Shown here in pieces: positions 8,133-15,344 of a stretch of DNA of 40,000 nt (the stretch's first letter is position 1; every line of letters begins with the position of its first letter). Both the position numbers and the translations under genes were made by a program. The notes under the pieces were generated by a model. It ran no database searches. It was not told the origin of the DNA and saw nothing but the letters and a program-made list of their open reading frames with translations. This stretch comes from Enterobacter sp. TMH.L2. Its GTDB lineage: Bacteria; Pseudomonadota; Gammaproteobacteria; Enterobacterales; Enterobacteriaceae. Where the stretch lies: NCBI GenBank assembly GCA_050847315.1, contig CP193791.1; one strand, given 5' to 3'.

Positions 8133-9416
8133 ATGACAGCAGAGATCGCAGTATTCAACAAGACAGCCGTAGCACTTGCCGCAGATTCAGCTGTAACAGT
8201 TTCTGGTGGCGGAAAGCATAAGATCTATAACGGTGCAGAAAAGCTTTTTGCCCTGACAAAGCATCATCCAGTAGGACTTATGGTCTACGGTGCTGGTGAT
8301 TTATGCACAGCACCATGGGAGTTAGTAATCAAAGCTTACCGAAGCCAACTCGGAGCCAAATCCTTTGATAACCTAGAACAATATGCACATGACTTTTTTC
8401 ACTATTTGCAGAACTCGGATGAAATCATAACTGCAGGTATGCGAGATGCTCATCTTTATCATTTTTTAAGCGAAAGTGTCTTTAACTCCCTATTTGATGC
8501 TTTCACAGAAGGGCTCGACAATACTTATTGGCTAGAATTCAATCAAGATAAGCTTTATCAAGACTTTACAGCTTATTGTTTACAATTAAAGAATAAATTA
8601 TCTGAAATTAGCTACTGTGATAACTTTGATGAAACTGATGAAAAAGCTGCTTTAGATTATACAAAACCTTTAGCTAAAAGGATCGTAGGGGAGAAGTTTA
8701 ATGATGTACAATCAACTGACTTACCAGAGAACCTGCTGAAGGTTGTGAGTGAAGTTCTCGCAGCAATGATATGTAAGCAAAGTGATATAGGTTCAATGTC
8801 AGGTATCGTAATTGCTGGATATGGCGAGAAGGACTATTACCCGAAAATTCTCTCATATGAAGTTTTTGGATTTTTTAACCAAAAAATCAGAAAAACTACC
8901 AATAAAGACAAATGTTGCATAAGCCCCGACTGTGGAGTGACCCCCTTTGCTCAGGAGGATGAGGTGGCTGCATTCATGCAAGGAGCAAGTTCTCATCTCA
9001 TTCAAAATCTTCATGGTGAGTATCAGAACTCCATAGTCAACCTGCTCGAGGGTGTTGACAAATTAGTCACAGAAATGGTAGACACTTCTAACATTGAAAA
9101 GGCTAGGGAAGGTATACTCACGATAGTTAGGGGCACTGTTGCGGAATGTAAAGCAAACATAGATAGCTTCGTCCGTGAAAATTACGTCGATAAGGTAGTA
9201 AACATGATTGAGTTTCTGCCGAAACAAGACTTGGCTTATATGGCTGAGTCTCTGGTCAATCTCACTGCCTTCAAACGGAAAGTATCAGATGATACTGAGA
9301 GTGTCGGCGGGCCAATCGATGTCGCAGTGATCTCAAAGGCAGATGGTTTCATTTGGGTAAAACGGAAACATTACTTTAACAAAGATTTAAACCATCATTT
9401 TTTTGAACGGTCATAA
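8133..9416 (+). CDS. Proteasome-beta-like / Ntn-hydrolase-fold protein with large helical insertions (427 aa)
   Basis: N-terminus MTAEIAVFNKTAVALAADSAVTV...GLMVYGAGD: Thr directly after the initiator Met and Asp at mature position 17. Central SGIVIAGYGEKDYYPKILSYEVFG resembles the proteasome IAGyDe..gP.LY.vdp.G segment. C-terminal GGPIDVAVISKADGFIWV. AT-rich and oriented opposite to the surrounding late genes. The CDS is secure; the fold assignment is by eye only. Confidence 0.6.
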   Translation: MTAEIAVFNKTAVALAADSAVTVSGGGKHKIYNGAEKLFALTKHHPVGLMVYGAGDLCTAPWELVIKAYRSQLGAKSFDNLEQYAHDFFHYLQNSDEIITAGMRDAHLYHFLSESVFNSLFDAFTEGLDNTYWLEFNQDKLYQDFTAYCLQLKNKLSEISYCDNFDETDEKAALDYTKPLAKRIVGEKFNDVQSTDLPENLLKVVSEVLAAMICKQSDIGSMSGIVIAGYGEKDYYPKILSYEVFGFFNQKIRKTTNKDKCCISPDCGVTPFAQEDEVAAFMQGASSHLIQNLHGEYQNSIVNLLEGVDKLVTEMVDTSNIEKAREGILTIVRGTVAECKANIDSFVRENYVDKVVNMIEFLPKQDLAYMAESLVNLTAFKRKVSDDTESVGGPIDVAVISKADGFIWVKRKHYFNKDLNHHFFERS

Positions 9417-9439
9417 AAAATAGCCATTAAGGAGAAAAC

Positions 9440-9583
9440 ATGTCACTTAAGCAAGCTTATGAAAACTCTCAGCAAAAAAGCATCCATGACTTCTTTCATG
9501 TAAGTAAGTCATCAAAAATAAGACGTAATGCATCTAACAATGAAAATTTTTTCATGAAACTAATCAAACCATCTAATACATAA
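9440..9583 (+). CDS. Small basic hydrophilic ORF (47 aa) downstream of the Ntn-like gene
   Basis: ATG 5 nt after AAGGAG, 23 nt after the upstream stop. MSLKQAYENSQQKSIHDFFHVSKSSKIRRNASNNENFFMKLIKPSNT. Followed by a terminator. Below the ORF-track size cutoff. Confidence 0.45.
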   Translation: MSLKQAYENSQQKSIHDFFHVSKSSKIRRNASNNENFFMKLIKPSNT

Positions 9584-9589
9584 CACCGT

Positions 9590-9617
9590 AAAAAGGGCCC
9601 GTAAAGTGGCCCTTTTT
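9590..9617. terminator. Bidirectional rho-independent terminator between the plus-strand cassette and Q
   Basis: AAAAAGGGCC-8 nt loop-GGCCCTTTTT, with A/T runs on both sides. Lies 6 nt after the Q stop on the minus strand and 6 nt after the small ORF stop on the plus strand. Confidence 0.7.
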
Positions 9618-9623
9618 GACGTT

Positions 9624-9974
9624 TTAAGAACAAGTTACAACTGCCATTACCCCTTCTAAAAACCCCAAAGCATTTAGCATTTCTTTCCTTATAGTACCAT
9701 CCGAACATTTACGTTTTTTCGCAATAGCCCTTAGAGAGACGCAAAACAAAAAATGGGCAATTATCAGTTCAAAGTACTCTTGGTGGTGTTTTTTTAACCT
9801 AACCACGCAGCTATCAATCATCATTCCTTCATCATCGCTACACATGATCCGGGCTTTTTTTCCATGAGACAGTAACCCCTTAAAACCAGCCGCAATAGGT
9901 TGCCAGTCAACGCCACTATTGTTGGAAGCAGCCCATGCTCCCCACATGTCCAAGGCCTCATACATATCACGCAT
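9624..9974 (-). CDS. Late-gene antiterminator Q-like protein
   Basis: 116 aa, the last gene of the nin-like region before the lysis genes. The C-terminal ...SLRAIAKKRKCSDGTIRKEMLNALGFLEG resembles the HTH-like end of the phage antitermination Q family. Confidence 0.7.
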   Translation of the reverse strand: MRDMYEALDMWGAWAASNNSGVDWQPIAAGFKGLLSHGKKARIMCSDDEGMMIDSCVVRLKKHHQEYFELIIAHFLFCVSLRAIAKKRKCSDGTIRKEMLNALGFLEGVMAVVTCS

Positions 9975-9987
9975 AGTGTTCTCCTAA

Positions 9988-11022
9988 TTAAGCCAGCACA
10001 CCAAGCGCAAAGGCTCGGTCCAAAGTGTTTTTGAGCATGACCAACTGAGAACCGTTCTTACGCTCGAATTCCCTTTGGTCTCGGTGAAGTTCGTCATGGC
10101 ATTTCCGACACAGGGGAATAGCAAAGCTGTCATGCGATTTTGTGCCCATCCCTCCCTGTCCATACCCGATCAGGTGGTGGGGATCATCCGCTGAAGAACC
10201 ACAGCCCTCGCACGGTTGTGATTTAACCCATTTCAGATAGTCAGGTTTTTCCCAACGAATTCGTTTTGGTCGCGAAAAAAACGTTTGAGGTGATTCGGGA
10301 TCTGCCACCAGCGCAACAACGGGCTTTTCTCTGACTTGTTCCTGCTGTTGTTGACTCCGGAAATATGCAGCTCTTTTCACCAGTTCGCTGGTGGCCGGAA
10401 CAGATGGCTCGATTTCACTTTCACGATAAACCGAGAGAATGGGTTCTGGTTTGAAGTTGAGTGCGCGCCGGGCCATTGCCTCTCCTATCGCTTCGGAAAC
10501 ACCCATATAAACGGCCCACCAGCAGAGCTCTGCCAGTGAAAGCTCTCTATCGCTATTGAATCCGAGTTTTGAAAGGACTGTTTCGATTACCCAGGCTTTT
10601 ACATTCTGCAGCGCGATGGCTTCCAGCTGCTCTGTGCTCTGTTCCCGTAATTTGTTATCGCATGACCAGCAAAGGTGCATAGCGCCAGGGCTATGCCGCA
10701 TCATTACCTTTTCTTTATGGTGATAATCCGTGTGTGGCCACTGACAATGAGGGATGCGGCGAAATAGCCAGGACTCGAGCGACGTGATACCGCCGGCAGC
10801 CTGAATGACTCGCTCATCTGCGAAAAACGTATCAAGAGATTTATCTTCGCCTAAGGGCTGCCGCGCATCCGGTATCTTTCCAGAGGGAAGATTTGCCATT
10901 GCTTTTGACGGTATTTCTACAAGGACCCTGCCATACCCAAAAAGCTGCATCAGGTCCCGGCCCGGCTTGAGCAAGACCACACCCAGATTATGTGCAATCT
11001 CTACGGTCAGAATAGCGCGCAT
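9988..11022 (-). CDS. DUF968 (YdfU-like) prophage protein
   Basis: C-terminal CEGCGSSADDPHHLIGYGQGGMGTKSHDSFAIPLCRKCHDELH is the Cys/His-rich signature seen in DUF968 proteins of lambdoid nin regions. Confidence 0.75.
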   Translation of the reverse strand: MRAILTVEIAHNLGVVLLKPGRDLMQLFGYGRVLVEIPSKAMANLPSGKIPDARQPLGEDKSLDTFFADERVIQAAGGITSLESWLFRRIPHCQWPHTDYHHKEKVMMRHSPGAMHLCWSCDNKLREQSTEQLEAIALQNVKAWVIETVLSKLGFNSDRELSLAELCWWAVYMGVSEAIGEAMARRALNFKPEPILSVYRESEIEPSVPATSELVKRAAYFRSQQQQEQVREKPVVALVADPESPQTFFSRPKRIRWEKPDYLKWVKSQPCEGCGSSADDPHHLIGYGQGGMGTKSHDSFAIPLCRKCHDELHRDQREFERKNGSQLVMLKNTLDRAFALGVLA

Positions 11023-11378
11023 GGTTCAGCCTCCCGGATAATGATTTTGCCGGTTGTTCCCCATATTTTTGACACGCGCCCATCCCAGATATGGCTATCC
11101 TCGCCAAATAAGGCATCAAGTAACGCTTTCTCAAGGTTGTCTTTATCGGGCCGTGACTGGTGAGGCTTGCCGTCATACTCCGCCTGTTTTTTTTTGCTCC
11201 AGCTCGGCGGCATTGGAAGAACAAAAATTACGTGATAACCGCACTCAGGCAGCTCAATTCGATTCAGGCGCACCGCATCACAGAACGCCCGATACCGTAA
11301 GACCTCGGGGCGCTTCTTCCACTTATCAGCGCGTGTCATTCGCGGTTTGCCCATAGGGGTTATGCTGTAGGCTTTCAT
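11007..11378 (-). CDS. rusA: Holliday junction resolvase RusA
   Basis: MKAYSITPMGKPRMTRADKW...RPDKDNLEKALLDALFG is the RusA signature. The start at 11378 overlaps the upstream stop (TGATG). Confidence 0.9.
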   Translation of the reverse strand: MKAYSITPMGKPRMTRADKWKKRPEVLRYRAFCDAVRLNRIELPECGYHVIFVLPMPPSWSKKKQAEYDGKPHQSRPDKDNLEKALLDALFGEDSHIWDGRVSKIWGTTGKIIIREAEPCALF

Positions 11379-11581
11379 CACTGCCTCCAGCACGGCTGTT
11401 GGTAGGTGCGGTCGATTCGCGGCGGCGTTTTACCTTCAGGAAGTAGCGCGCTGACAATCCAGTTGGTGTAATCCGGAGCAAGGCTCTTTTCCGTAACGAC
11501 GCCATTGGCCTTATATCGTGTCACCAACTCTTCAGCTTGTTCTGCTGTTAGGTTGTCATGTTGGAACCAGCCCTTTTTCAT
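11378..11581 (-). CDS. Hypothetical nin-region protein (67 aa)
   Basis: ORF tightly coupled to its neighbours by overlaps at both ends. No family recognised. Confidence 0.5.
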   Translation of the reverse strand: MKKGWFQHDNLTAEQAEELVTRYKANGVVTEKSLAPDYTNWIVSALLPEGKTPPRIDRTYQQPCWRQ

Positions 11582-11985
11582 AGCTGCGCTCCGTGAAGTT
11601 CCAGGAACGCGATAGCCCTCTCCCTTGCGCCGGGATAGCCATCAACCATTTCCTGCAGCAACTGCACCGCCAGGATCGGCTCCTTGGAACCGACAATCGA
11701 TATGCCGCGGGAAACGCCTCGGGTGATAGCTATAACGCCTTTGCGCTCGAGGGCTTTGAGATGCTCTGCCGCAGCATTTGGTGAATTTACGCCGAGTAAC
11801 TCAGCAAGCTCCGTTGTTGAAGGCGGATAGCCTTTTTGCTGCAAGAATGAAACCAGAAGGTCGAATACTTCTTGCTGGCGAGGCGTCAGAGAATGGTTTT
11901 TTACCGGACGTGTCAAAGTCCCGGCTGAGCCACTGCGGCTATCGGGTTTGTGTGTTTCAGATTTTTTTGAGGTGTTTTGCGCCAT
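11578..11985 (-). CDS. LexA N-terminal DNA-binding-domain protein lacking the S24 peptidase/cleavage domain (135 aa)
   Basis: [63 protein letters not shown] tracks E. coli LexA residues ~4-70 ([63 protein letters not shown], from memory). There is no AG cleavage site or Ser/Lys domain. GGAGA RBS 6 nt upstream. Confidence 0.8.
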   Translation of the reverse strand: [135 protein letters not shown]

Positions 11986-12024
11986 GGTAGTCTCCGTGGC
12001 GCAGCAGATGTAGGGTGTTCAGGC

Positions 12025-12318
12025 CTACGAGTGAAGTGTATCAAAGCAACTGGTAATCCGGTAGCCCGCTTTCTCAAGCATCTCTGTAAACAGTGTCGGT
12101 GTGCCAATTATCTCTTCTGGTCGCAGGGGAACGAATGACACCTCATCACCACGCCTGTATAAAAGCGCCCTTCCACCATCAGGGAATGAGCCGAATCTTG
12201 CAACCACTGCAAAATCCTCGCAACGAATAAGCGCGTAGCCTGTGTCCGGCAACTCTTCATTAATTTTTATCACTTCGTTCCCCTCTGGCTGCCCCGAACG
12301 ACCTGACCATGGCTTCAT
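12025..12318 (-). CDS. Hypothetical 97-aa protein, first gene downstream of the SOS-box promoter; candidate antirepressor (inference)
   Basis: ORF starting ~90 nt downstream of a canonical LexA box and promoter. No family recognised. Confidence 0.5.
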   Translation of the reverse strand: MKPWSGRSGQPEGNEVIKINEELPDTGYALIRCEDFAVVARFGSFPDGGRALLYRRGDEVSFVPLRPEEIIGTPTLFTEMLEKAGYRITSCFDTLHS

Positions 12319-12408
12319 CCCCCGCCATGCGAGTGGCTATGAAGCACGTCTTTCAGGGTATAACGGAGGATGATTTCTTTGCTCAAAATACCTCCCCACC
12401 TTAAAACA

Positions 12409-12455
12409 CTGTATGAATGTACAGTTATTATTAACCTGTTTATTTTGGATTGCAA
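12409..12455 (-). promoter_or_regulatory. LexA (SOS) box CTGTATGAATGTACAG (12409-12424) with a minus-strand promoter: -35 TTGCAA 12450-12455, -10 TAATAA 12428-12433
   Basis: Perfect CTGT-N8-ACAG with an AT-rich centre; the 20-mer is CACTGTATGAATGTACAGTT. On the minus strand TTGCAA-16 nt-TAATAA lies immediately upstream, so the box covers the predicted start site. Confidence 0.7.
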
Positions 12456-13127
12456 TGAAAAAGGCTCAACAGTACGTTTATGTGGTATTTATCGTTTTTT
12501 CAGTAGGTTAAGTTTTGTTCATGCTATTCAGGCGGTCTGCTGCCCATCAGTATAAAGCTCTGGTAAACTAGCTCTAACCAAAGCTTCGACGAACGGTGGC
12601 GGTGTCGAATTCCAACAGCGCTCATTGGCATACTCAAATCGATGATGAACGGTTACGGGAGCTATATCCAATGCTCACCGCAATACACAATGATGTTGTT
12701 CTTGCTCTTACTATTCGTATCTAGCCCTATCGAGTCAAACACAGATAGATATCGGCCTGCCTTACATAATGCCCACAAGGTTTGCTTTGAGCGAGAACCG
12801 GGCATCGACTTAGCGTGATTGAAGGGAATCTCAAAAGTTTCTGGCATTGTTTACTGGAATACTTACACAGAGTTGCAACTGCCTACATAAAGTGGAAATC
12901 TCCGACTGTATTCGATTCGCCCTGCCAGGGGCATACGCACAAGACGAGATTGTACCGAATTTACAGCTCGGTGATTCAATAAGAAGGTTGAAAGAGACCA
13001 TAGATAAAACATAGAATCAAACTTTAGAGTAGAACTATCCTCATACTTGTTATAGACGACATTAATTACCTGAAGATATAATTAGCATTGAGAATCTAAA
13101 AAAATCATTTCACTTGAGAGAAATACA

Positions 13128-13916
13128 ATGGACGAAAAAATACAGCTCCCCACAGCAGAAGTTTTTTATATGAACCATCCATTATACGAAGAAATATCGT
13201 ACTCAGAAGAAAACGTCGCTGAGCTAGAAAAAATGCTTTTAATTATCCAAATGAACGACGTGCATTGCCCTGATTGTCAAGCCTCCAGCCTTTTCAAAAT
13301 TAATAATAGTTTGTCCAAATCCTTTTACCAAGGATGGCATAAAGAAAACAATAGCTATTGCAAAATGGTTTATAATTGCCTAAGAAATTATGAACACTCA
13401 CTAACTTTCTTTTTCCGAATTGACAACTTTAAAGTCCAAAAAGTTGGTCAATATCCTTCAATGGCTGACCTAAATACATATGATGTAAAAAAATACGCTA
13501 CAGTCTTAGATAAACAACAATATAGTGATTTACGTAAAGCCATAGGATTAGCATCACATGGTATAGGAATTGGCTCATTTGTATATATAAGAAGAATTTT
13601 TGAGGATCTTGTAGAAAGAGCAAGGGTGCATGCTGAAAAGCAAGGAGTAATGAATAATGAAGAATATAAATCTTGTCGGATGGCTGATAAAATAAAAATG
13701 TTAGAGAAATTCCTTCCCCCATTTCTTGTTGAACATCGAAAAATTTACGGAATCCTTAGTAAAGGAGTGCATGAATTGACTGAGGAAGAATGTCTAAAAT
13801 CATTTGATATAGTTAAGGTAGGGATTGAAATAATTCTTGATGAACATCTTGAGGAAAAAGCAAGGAAAGCGAAGATAGATGCTGCATCTAAAGCCATAAA
13901 TAACCTTCAGCATTAG
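13128..13916 (+). CDS. Zn-ribbon plus DUF4145-like (HEPN-related) helical-domain protein (262 aa); candidate exclusion/Abi gene
   Basis: Very AT-rich single gene flanked by long non-coding AT-rich DNA. HCPDC...YCKMVYNC (CxxC...Cx5C), then QYPSMADL and helical ...GIGSFVYIRRIFEDLVE...IYGILSKGVHELTEEE, reminiscent of DUF4145 architecture. The canonical R..N..H motif is not intact. Confidence 0.4.
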   Translation: MDEKIQLPTAEVFYMNHPLYEEISYSEENVAELEKMLLIIQMNDVHCPDCQASSLFKINNSLSKSFYQGWHKENNSYCKMVYNCLRNYEHSLTFFFRIDNFKVQKVGQYPSMADLNTYDVKKYATVLDKQQYSDLRKAIGLASHGIGIGSFVYIRRIFEDLVERARVHAEKQGVMNNEEYKSCRMADKIKMLEKFLPPFLVEHRKIYGILSKGVHELTEEECLKSFDIVKVGIEIILDEHLEEKARKAKIDAASKAINNLQH

Positions 13917-13918
13917 TT

Positions 13919-13952
13919 AAAAGGGCTGTGTAATTACGCAGCCCTTTTATTT
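13919..13952 (+). terminator. Rho-independent terminator of the 262-aa gene
   Basis: AAAAGGGCTG-loop-CAGCCCTTTT followed by ATTT, starting 3 nt after the stop. Confidence 0.8.
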
Positions 13953-14311
13953 AAGGAAAAATGTAAAACAGTGGCCCTGGAGCAATAGTAAACATTAATG
14001 ATTGTGACTTGGGAACATATTCTCAGGATTTCGGCTATCTATAGCATAGATATCCGGAACATTAACAATATAATAAAGATAATGATATACTCACTTGCTC
14101 TCCATAGATTAGCATATATCAAGATCTGATCCTAGCACAGAGCAGACTGTTAGATTAGATTCCGCTCTGAGCCATAACGGCGTCAGTTCAAACCTGAACA
14201 TCAGCCCCGGTTACACTATTCAACAGGAGCTACTGAGTAGTGTTGTTTGTAATGAATGGCAGCAGCTAGGGTGTATTTTGACTGCTGCTCTCAGAGCTTC
14301 GGTGTTATTGC

Positions 14312-14635
14312 TCATTTGCCTGAACTCCCGAAAATCTTGTGAATTCCATAGCCCTGCCAGTTTTTCCGGCACACATCAGCCATAGCCTGTCTGGCCCGCT
14401 GGTGGCGACATGGCGCTTTCCGGCGGCATACTTTGCTTTCCCAGCCCTGGGCAAGTCTCATTTCGGGAAATGCGGCCGTGCCGCAGCGCTTGATGATTCC
14501 CTTTCGCAAAAGGTGCATCAGGATGTTCCATCCCCCGGTGCTGTCGCGCTCCAGAACCTTAGCCAGCTGTCGTGCAGTGGCCCTTTTGTTCTCCTTGAGA
14601 AAGTTGATCACTTTCTGATGGTTTTCGCTGTTCAT
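14312..14635 (-). CDS. Hypothetical winged-helix-like protein (107 aa from the ATG at 14635)
   Basis: MNSENHQKVINFLKENKRATARQLAKVLERDSTGGWNILMHLLRKGII looks like a wHTH, followed by a Cys/Arg-rich tail. AAGGA RBS 6 nt before 14635. The track start at 14653 lies inside the intergenic repeat. Confidence 0.5.
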   Translation of the reverse strand: MNSENHQKVINFLKENKRATARQLAKVLERDSTGGWNILMHLLRKGIIKRCGTAAFPEMRLAQGWESKVCRRKAPCRHQRARQAMADVCRKNWQGYGIHKIFGSSGK

Positions 14636-14646
14636 GTTTAATCCTT

Positions 14647-14669
14647 TGGTCATTGGTCAAAACTCGATT
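14647..14669 (-). repeat. Intergenic repeat copy 1 (AATCGAGTTTTGACCAATGACCA in the direction of transcription)
   Basis: The plus strand reads TGGTCATTGGTCAAAACTCGATT. Lies between the P-like stop (14673) and the next start (14635). Confidence 0.9.
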
Positions 14670-14672
14670 TAT

Positions 14673-15344
14673 TCAAAGCATTCCGGCTGCTTTACGCCGT
14701 AAAAATTCAGCATGCATTTCCTGAGCAGGTGTTGGTCCGGCTGGTGCGCGCGGCGCTGCAAGCTGTCGACGAACCGGCGGTACCGAATAACCTGCTGCGA
14801 CTTTCTTCTCCCACTTTTGCAGCAAACTACCTGCCAGCTTTTCTTGTTCCGGCCCCGTTAAACGCCGCTCAACACCAGCCCGGCGGATATCGATGCAGAT
14901 GTGATACATAACCGGGTGTCGCCACGGAAACTGTTCTGAACTCGGGTACTTGTATGACTCGTTGCGCCAGCGAGTAAGCTCTGCAAGTACATCAGCGGTC
15001 GTGAATCCGATCGCCCCGCCGCCGCCAGCTTCGGCGACCAGCGCCACGAACTCGCCAAAATCAGGTGGCCATGTACTGCCCGCGGCGCAACGCTCAACAC
15101 AGGCATTGCAAACCCTGGTCAGCTGCTCACTGCTCATTGCGCCAATCTGCTGCTCCCAGAGATCCGAGGGACGATTGCCATTCTTCGCAATCCAGCGGTT
15201 GCTGTAGATTTTTGTCATGAGGTCCCACAACCGCCATGCCGGTGTGTCCACCGTGGTGCTGTCGTTCCCGAATGTACTGCTCGCGTCCCTCACGTAACTG
15301 CCGTTCTGCGATGGACTCTGTGTTTCCAGCTGGGCTCTGCCCAT
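14673..15344 (-). CDS. Replication protein P-like (lambda P family, helicase loader)
   Basis: ...FPWRHPVMYHICIDIRRAGVERRLTGPEQEKLAGSLLQKWEKKVAAGYSVPPVRRQL parallels lambda P ...YPWKSNAHYWLVTNLYQNMRANALTDAELRRKAADELVHMTARINRGEAIPEPVKQL (from memory). The start is uncertain (15344 or 15218) because of overlap with the upstream gene. Confidence 0.8.
   Translation of the reverse strand: MGRAQLETQSPSQNGSYVRDASSTFGNDSTTVDTPAWRLWDLMTKIYSNRWIAKNGNRPSDLWEQQIGAMSSEQLTRVCNACVERCAAGSTWPPDFGEFVALVAEAGGGGAIGFTTADVLAELTRWRNESYKYPSSEQFPWRHPVMYHICIDIRRAGVERRLTGPEQEKLAGSLLQKWEKKVAAGYSVPPVRRQLAAPRAPAGPTPAQEMHAEFLRRKAAGML

Noticed and set aside
12556-12847. Possible C5 DNA methyltransferase pseudogene (61-aa ORF plus a downstream frame reading ...ERCWNSTPPPFVEALV...)
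   Set aside because: The resemblance to motifs IX/X is only a few residues and requires a frameshift. That is too weak to annotate without a BLASTX result, so it is kept only as a low-interest note.
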